Of a stretch of DNA of 64,000 bases, positions 58,780 to 64,000 are shown in pieces (position 1 is the first letter of the stretch; each line of letters opens with the position of its first letter). Where the stretch lies: contig OZ241972.1 in NCBI GenBank assembly GCA_965204025.1, positions 4,762,006 through 4,826,005 on the forward strand, given 5' to 3'. The notes beneath the pieces are model-generated. The model did no database searches. It had not been told where the DNA came from and worked only from the letters and a program-made list of their open reading frames with translations. The position numbers were made by a program, and so were the translations under genes. The stretch comes from Caldilineaceae bacterium. Its GTDB lineage: Bacteria; Chloroflexota; Anaerolineae; Caldilineales; Caldilineaceae.

Positions 58780-59664
58780 TCCACGCGTTGCATGGGACAT
58801 GGAGCCATCCGCAGGGTGAGGGCGTTCCTTGCCGTGGTTGGAGTTGTCCGGCCACGCCTTGGGTGACGGTGTCCGGTCCATGGCGAAGGACATCGTGGGA
58901 GCCGGTGACAATGGTCGCCCGGAGGTTCGCCGGCTCCAAGCTGGACACCATTGCTGCTGTAAAACCGGCGCGCCAAAGTGACGCCCTTCTAACAAGGAAG
59001 GTGACAGGCGCGCCGCACCATGTCGGGCGCGCTACATGGCTTCCCGCCCCGGGCCGATCCGGAGGAGTTGAAGGGAGCCCCGACGTGGCACATGGTCACG
59101 CGTGCGGCGTTGCCCATGACCTGCTTGGTCATCGCCATCATCCCGGGTTTCCTGCAGCGTTGAGCCGCTCATGGAACCGGCAGCCGATGGCCCATGCTTC
59201 GGTCGGCTGCCGGGCACGCACGTTCGGTTGGACGCGGTTGGCAGCCATGGACGGGAGGGCCGCGGGCTTCGTCCCGGGTCCGGGACGGACGGAACGCCCT
59301 GCCGCCGGCCCCCGAGCCTGCTGCGGTGCGTGGGTGTTCCAAGGCTAGCCGGCACGGGGTTGGCCGGCACCACGCACTCCGTTCACGGCACCCGTCGTTG
59401 GGTTTGCGGCCCGCGGGCCTGCCGATGGTCGCAGCGCGACGGCGGACGGACCGACCGGGGAGCGAAGCACAGGAGGGCACTTCCCCACTCGTCCCATCGA
59501 GTCCCAGGCACGCCGGCGATTTTGGCATTCCCCACCATGCGAACGTATGCTTGCACTTTCAGGTCGCCGATCCAGGCATCGAGGCCCCGGGATGGACCGG
59601 CCACCGCACCACCGAACCGTCCCGGCCATCGGAAGTCGGGGAAGCCACCTTCAGCGAGGTCACC

Positions 59665-60801
59665 GTGTCGCAGCCGTCGGAACCCACGCCGCCCCCCTTC
59701 TCCCACGACCTGACGGCCAAGTCCATCTTCGCCGAACCGGAGGCAGCCCGGGACCTGGTGGCCCTGCTGGCGGCACGCGAGTGCCCCGAGCTGCAAGGCT
59801 GGACACCCGTGCGCCTGGTGGCCGGCTCGACCGTCACGGCCGACCCGGAACGCCGTCCACCCCAGACCGAGGGACACCGCGACCTGGTCTGGGAACTGGC
59901 GCGCGGCGACCACGACGCGGCGCGGATGCTGCTGCATCTGGAGTTCCAGTCGCAGCGCGATGCCGACATGTCGGAGCGCATGTTCCTGTACGCCCTGCGA
60001 ATGAGCCCCGGCCTGCGCGGGCTGGAGGTCTGCGGGGTGGTGGTCAACACCGGCATCGACCGCTTCGGGGAGTGGTGGAGTCCGGTGCAGGCGGTGGCCG
60101 GTGTGCGCCGGTACGGCTTTCGGGCGGGGGCGCTGCTGGAGATCCACGACCATGCGGTGCCGGGCCTGGAGGGCGGCGCCCATGCGCTGCCGCCGGACAA
60201 CCTGGCCGCGGGCTTCGTGGCGTTGGCGCGGGTGCAGGCGGAGATGACGCGGGGGCGGCGGGCGGCGGCGGCCCTGGTGCTGCCGGTGCTGCGGGAGCTG
60301 ATCCTGCCGCGGGCGTTGGGGACCGCGCCGTCGCTGCGTCGGGCTCTGGGAGCCTGGTTCAAGACGCGTTTCGACGGGCTGTTGGTGGATCGCCCCGACC
60401 TGCGCGCGTTGTTGCGTAGAATCACCTACATTGAGGAGGCGGAGGCAGTCATGTACACATTCGGGCAATACGTGGAAGACGAGAAGAAGGATGCCAAGGC
60501 CGAAGGCGAGGCATTGGGCGAGGCCCGGGGCGAGGCCCGGGGCGAGGCCCGGGGCAAGGCCGAGGGCAAGGCCGAGGGCAAGGCCGAGGGCGAAGCGTTG
60601 GGTGAAACGCGCGGCAGGAAGGAGATCCTCCTTGCGTTCATCCGGCAGGTGTGGGGCGAGGCGGAGGCGGACCGGTGTGCCCGGGAATTGGACACGGCCG
60701 CACTCGACGATCTGCCCGACATCGCGGGTCTGCTGGCGGATCAGGCGGCCGGACGCCGCCCGCGTCTGGGTACCAATGGCCGCACCGAATCCTCGGCGTG
60801 A
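59665..60801 (+). CDS. Rpn-family (PDDEXK_2/YhgA-like) nuclease with a DUF4351-like C-terminus
   Basis: HDLTAKSIFAEPE...DLVWEL...MLLHLEFQSQRDADMSERMFLYAL. The C-terminus is KEILLAFIRQVWGE. The GTG start at 59665 is inferred. Confidence 0.65.
   Translation: MSQPSEPTPPPFSHDLTAKSIFAEPEAARDLVALLAARECPELQGWTPVRLVAGSTVTADPERRPPQTEGHRDLVWELARGDHDAARMLLHLEFQSQRDADMSERMFLYALRMSPGLRGLEVCGVVVNTGIDRFGEWWSPVQAVAGVRRYGFRAGALLEIHDHAVPGLEGGAHALPPDNLAAGFVALARVQAEMTRGRRAAAALVLPVLRELILPRALGTAPSLRRALGAWFKTRFDGLLVDRPDLRALLRRITYIEEAEAVMYTFGQYVEDEKKDAKAEGEALGEARGEARGEARGKAEGKAEGKAEGEALGETRGRKEILLAFIRQVWGEAEADRCARELDTAALDDLPDIAGLLADQAAGRRPRLGTNGRTESSA
60429..60792 (+). repeat. segmental duplication, copy 1 (3-prime end of the Rpn gene)
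   Basis: Near-identical to 61347-61662 apart from the tandem-repeat number and a few substitutions. Confidence 0.85.
60503..60600 (+). repeat. in-frame short tandem repeats (GEAR/GKAE units)
   Basis: ggcgaggcccgg occurs 3 times, then ggcaaggccgag 3 times. The duplicated copy at 61420-61470 carries fewer units. Confidence 0.85.
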
Positions 60802-61346
60802 GCCGCACGACCACAACTCAACCGGTCGCCATCCAACTCACCATAATGCCGGCGGGATCCCTCCTGGATCTCCGGCACTTTTGGACCCATCTGTTGCAAA
60901 GCCGTATATCGGGCTGTTCCTGTGCTGCTGCGTGGTGTTTCAGACAGGGGCACAAACTGTGGACTTGCCGGGAGATGGGGGACGCAATGCGACACCATTG
61001 GTGAATTTCGCAATCAGTGACGTTCCGTGTGGACAGTGGCTGGTGGCCGATGTTCCGGCTTCGGCCCCGGTCCCGTTTTATGCATCCGAGAGTTCCGGAC
61101 CACCCTTGTTCCCGACCAAGTCCACTTCCGCCTTCCCCGAAGTCCAGAGGCAAACCACATTGCACCGGTTTCCACAATTGCCGACACGGAGTGGGATTGG
61201 ACTCCACTAGGTACCGCTGGCCCGGAAGCACTCGGAAGTCCGGAGGCTACAGGAGCACTGCCGTGATTCGGGGTTGCCTCGAACCAGTGGCGGCGAGCCA
61301 CTGAAGAACCGACCATCCTGCAGGCGGAAGCGACCCACCACCCATC

Positions 61347-61662
61347 CATTGAGCAGGCGGAGGCAGTCATGTACACATTCGGGCAATACGTGGAAGACGA
61401 GAAGAAGGATGCCAAGGCCGAAGGCGAGGCCCGAGGCGAGGCCCGGGGCAAGGCCGAGGGCGAAGCGTTGGGTGAAACGCGCGGCAGGAAGGAGATCCTC
61501 CTTGCGTTCATCCGGCAGGTGTGGGGCGAGGCGGAGGCGGACCGGTGTGCCCGGGAATTGGACACGGCCGCACTCGACGATCTACCCGACATCGCGGGCC
61601 TGCTGGCGGATCAGGCAGCCGGACGCCGCCCGCGCCTGGGGCCCAACGGCCGCACCGAATCT
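61347..61662 (+). repeat. segmental duplication, copy 2
   Basis: See copy 1. Confidence 0.85.
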
Positions 61663-61671
61663 CCGACTTGA
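61369..61671 (+). CDS. stand-alone DUF4351-like protein (duplicate of the Rpn C-terminus)
   Basis: MYTFGQYVEDEKKDAKAEGEARGEARGKAEGEALGETRGRKEILLAFIRQVWGE. It has its own ATG, preceded by ggaggcagtc. A stop lies 34 codons upstream in frame. Confidence 0.55.
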   Translation: MYTFGQYVEDEKKDAKAEGEARGEARGKAEGEALGETRGRKEILLAFIRQVWGEAEADRCARELDTAALDDLPDIAGLLADQAAGRRPRLGPNGRTESPT

Positions 61672-61828
61672 ACCGCGACGCGGCCCAATGCAACCGGACA
61701 GTCCCCACGGGCAGTTTCCGCCATTCCAGTTTGCACATGGGCACTGACTGAACTCTCGATCCCTTGCCTGACTGGCGCTGCAACGGGAAGTTGTGGGGGC
61801 TGTTTCGCCAAGCGCCGCCGTTCCGCAG

Positions 61829-62020
61829 TCAATGGCACAACAGAACCGGCACGAACTCCAGCATCCCCGCCACCTGGCACAGGGTCGGACCAGGCTGTTT
61901 TTTGCGTGCCAGCTGGCCCTGCAGCAGACAAAAAGGCAGAAGTAGGCACAAGGTCATGTGGCGATGCCGGCCCTGCCGCCGGCGGCCTTCGTAGGCGCCC
62001 GGCGCGTGCCGGTCAGGCGC
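61829..62020 (-). pseudogene. IS701-like transposase C-terminal remnant
   Basis: YEGRRRQGRHRHMTLCLLLPFCLLQGQLARKKQPGPTL parallels YEGRSWQGWHRHATLVMLAHFFVVREMLRLKKKAPGLT of the IS at 10595-12093. Confidence 0.5.
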
Positions 62021-62468
62021 GCCTGGCAGGCCTGCCCTGCCGGGTCGGATGCAACGCACCCGGGTTCTCGGAACCGCCGTTGAGGCCGGCGTCCCCATCC
62101 GGGATGAATTCGACATCCCTGTCATTCCCAACTTTCGCTCCCGGCACGCCAGATCCCGGACTGTCGGGCCGGGTTGCTGCCGACCCTGTCTGAACAAGGC
62201 CCACAGCCTGGGCCACCCGGTGCTGTTGGACCCGGCCGTGCCGGCCACGCGCTTCGGCATCCGCGCACGGCCCGACCCGTCTCCCCGACCCTGCCCCTCG
62301 GCCCCTGCCATCCTGCCGCCAAGGTATTCCGGCAGGGCATGGGACCTGCCTTGACAGGCCTCCGCGCCCATCCGCACTCCGGATGCGGCCCCCATCATCG
62401 CAAGCAAACTGCCTTGGCTTGCGATCGTCCCTTCCATCACAGGTTACAGAACATTTCATCTGATTTCC

Positions 62469-63113
62469 TTGACAAACAGGGCCCGACCCGTACAATACGA
62501 ACATATGTTCTCTTTTGTACGGGGTGGACGCGTGGTGAATCTGGCCGGACGCCGACTGGTGTTCAAGAACGGCAAGGCGTGGTTGTGGGTCGGGGCCGCC
62601 CTGCTCACGGTTCTGATCCTGGCGGCGGCCCTGACCCTGTTCCGGCTCGCGCCGGTCCCGGACCCGGACACCATCCGGGTCCTCTCGCAGCCCATCCCCG
62701 CCGATCTTCTGGAACCGCCCCCGCCGGTGCCCGCGGCCACGCCCGCCATCAACTCCTCGTACCGCAGGGCCGTCGATGCCCAGATCGCCGCGATGGACGC
62801 GGAAACCGCCCCGCCCGAGCCCGCATTGGAGCTGCCAATCCCAACCTCGGCCACGATCCGGGTGCGCGTGGCCACGGTCAATGCCAGCCTTAACATCCGA
62901 CAGGAACCGTCCCTGCAGGGCCGCATCGTCGGTTCCGCCGCGCCCGGCTCGGTTCTGCAGGCGTCCGGACGCAACGGCGATGCCACTTGGCTGCGCATCG
63001 CATCCCCCAACGGCAACACCAGGGGCTGGGTCTTCGCCGATCTGACCGAAACCCTGTCCGGTGCGGTGGCCAGTCTGCCGGCCGTGTCCGCACAGGCCGG
63101 TGACCGACCCTGA
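62469..63113 (+). CDS. membrane-anchored SH3b-domain protein
   Basis: TM helix WLWVGAALLTVLILAAALTLF. SH3b-like segment VATVNASLNIRQEPSLQGRIVGSAAPGSVLQASGRNGDATWLRI. The start may be at 62505. Confidence 0.65.
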   Translation: MTNRARPVQYEHMFSFVRGGRVVNLAGRRLVFKNGKAWLWVGAALLTVLILAAALTLFRLAPVPDPDTIRVLSQPIPADLLEPPPPVPAATPAINSSYRRAVDAQIAAMDAETAPPEPALELPIPTSATIRVRVATVNASLNIRQEPSLQGRIVGSAAPGSVLQASGRNGDATWLRIASPNGNTRGWVFADLTETLSGAVASLPAVSAQAGDRP

Positions 63114-63115
63114 CC

Positions 63116-63775
63116 ATGCGGGACCACCAACACCGCGGCCGCCGCGCGGCGGCCGCGGTCACATGCCTGTTGCTGACCGTGCTCGCGGCCTGGCACCTCG
63201 AACTGGACCGGTTCCTGCCTGACCGCCTGGCCCTCCGGGACGAGCGGCCCCAGTCCCGCGTCGTCGCGTCCGTGGGCACCGCGGAGGCGCGGATCACGAT
63301 TGCCCTGTCGGACCGGTCCCGCAACTGGAGCTGGACCTGGACGGAACCCGACTGCCTTGAGGCGCTCGCGGCCTGGGCCCGAACCCGGAACGTCCACCGC
63401 CTGGAATTGGACCTTGCCGATCCGGACCGGCATCCCTCGGGCCTGCCGGTCCGCTCAATCTACCCGGAGCAGCATCCCGAGTCGGCCGCCGCCGGCGCCT
63501 GGTGCGAACCACAGCGCTCCGGCAACCCTTCCGCCGCCCTGGCCTGCACCGTCGGTGTGCTGGCCGGCCGGCATCCCCTGCACGTCACCGTGGCTGTCGC
63601 CGGGGCCCTCTACCAGGGCCTGGCCCTGGCCCGGGATCCGGGCGCGTTCACCAGACCCACCATGCAAAGCTGGAATTGGGCGCGCCTGGATCCCGTGGTG
63701 ATCCCCGCCGACATCCCGCACGGCTGGGATACCGCCTGCCCCCATCTGACCCCGGCTCGGGGAGCAGCCTCATGA
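63116..63775 (+). CDS. membrane-anchored hypothetical protein
   Basis: It starts 3 nt after the upstream stop and has an N-terminal TM helix. No motif recognised. Confidence 0.5.
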   Translation: MRDHQHRGRRAAAAVTCLLLTVLAAWHLELDRFLPDRLALRDERPQSRVVASVGTAEARITIALSDRSRNWSWTWTEPDCLEALAAWARTRNVHRLELDLADPDRHPSGLPVRSIYPEQHPESAAAGAWCEPQRSGNPSAALACTVGVLAGRHPLHVTVAVAGALYQGLALARDPGAFTRPTMQSWNWARLDPVVIPADIPHGWDTACPHLTPARGAAS

Positions 63776-64000
63776 ACGTGGTCCTTGTCCGCGCCGGCTA
63801 TGCCCTCCTGCTCGCGCTCGCAGGCCTTGGTCTCAAGCCTTGGCTTGCGGACCCCCTTCTGTCCGGCTCCGCAGTCCCGCCCGCACTGAAACTCCTCCGG
63901 CCGGAGGCCGGCAGTCTCTGTGCCGGCGACTGCACCTGCAGCTACTGCGACCAGGTTGTCAACGGCCGGTGCTACACCAACGGCAAGCGCGGGTACGGTC
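63772..64000 (+). CDS. hypothetical secreted or Cys-containing protein, 5-prime partial (runs off the window)
   Basis: ATGA overlap with the upstream stop. Sequence MNVVLVRAGYALLLALAGLGL... (my own translation). Confidence 0.4.
   Translation, partial: MNVVLVRAGYALLLALAGLGLKPWLADPLLSGSAVPPALKLLRPEAGSLCAGDCTCSYCDQVVNGRCYTNGKRGYG

Noticed and set aside
59383-60816. 477-aa minus-strand ORF, and ORF 59547..60419 (+)
   Set aside because: They overlap the Rpn-like gene in other frames or on the other strand. Composition is Arg/Pro/Gly-rich with no motifs.
61829-62440. Full 203-aa minus-strand ORF
   Set aside because: Only its last roughly 60 codons resemble an IS701 transposase C-terminus. The rest is not protein-like, so only the remnant is annotated.

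Overview
High-GC bacterial DNA, about 65-70% GC by eye, with several clearly more AT-rich islands. It reads as an accessory, conflict-system-rich region next to a sugar-utilisation block. All domain calls below come from motifs I recognised by eye in the supplied translations. No HMM, BLAST or fold search was run.

Gene content:
- Housekeeping-like genes: a GH116 glycosidase (40155-42827) and a four-gene carbohydrate ABC uptake operon (48010-52355).
- Secreted proteins: one with FN3 repeats and three with SH3b domains.
- Mobile DNA: one apparently complete IS701-family element, one IS630-family element inserted in a gene, a degenerate IS701-like element plus a 377-bp mini-derivative, a Tn5-like IS4 transposase wreck, a TnpB tail, a serine-recombinase stub and an AlpA-like gene.
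- Paralogous defence or toxin-type genes: 2 Fic, 3 AbiEii-type nucleotidyltransferases, 3 AAA-ATPase-like/PDDEXK_9 proteins, 4 coiled-coil plus PD-(D/E)XK-like proteins, 5 small MKVxELI cysteine-motif proteins, 2 MYLTV coiled-coil proteins, an MNT-HEPN fusion, a Uma2 nuclease and an Rpn-type nuclease.

Best candidates for an undescribed system:
1. A low-GC two-gene module at 3563-5612: an ABC/AAA_21-type ATPase translationally coupled to a small PD-(D/E)XK-like protein.
2. A lower-GC pair of P-loop ATPases at 52773-56799: an archaeal-type ATPase followed by a STAND-like ATPase with a long helical-repeat tail, behind a nested palindromic operator.
3. A tightly coupled six-gene minus-strand operon at 29991-33016 that ends in Fic. 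Its parts recur elsewhere in the window.

Caveats: many genes are broken exactly at homopolymer runs, so a good share of the pseudogenes may be assembly artefacts. I saw no rRNA gene, no intact tRNA gene and no CRISPR array.
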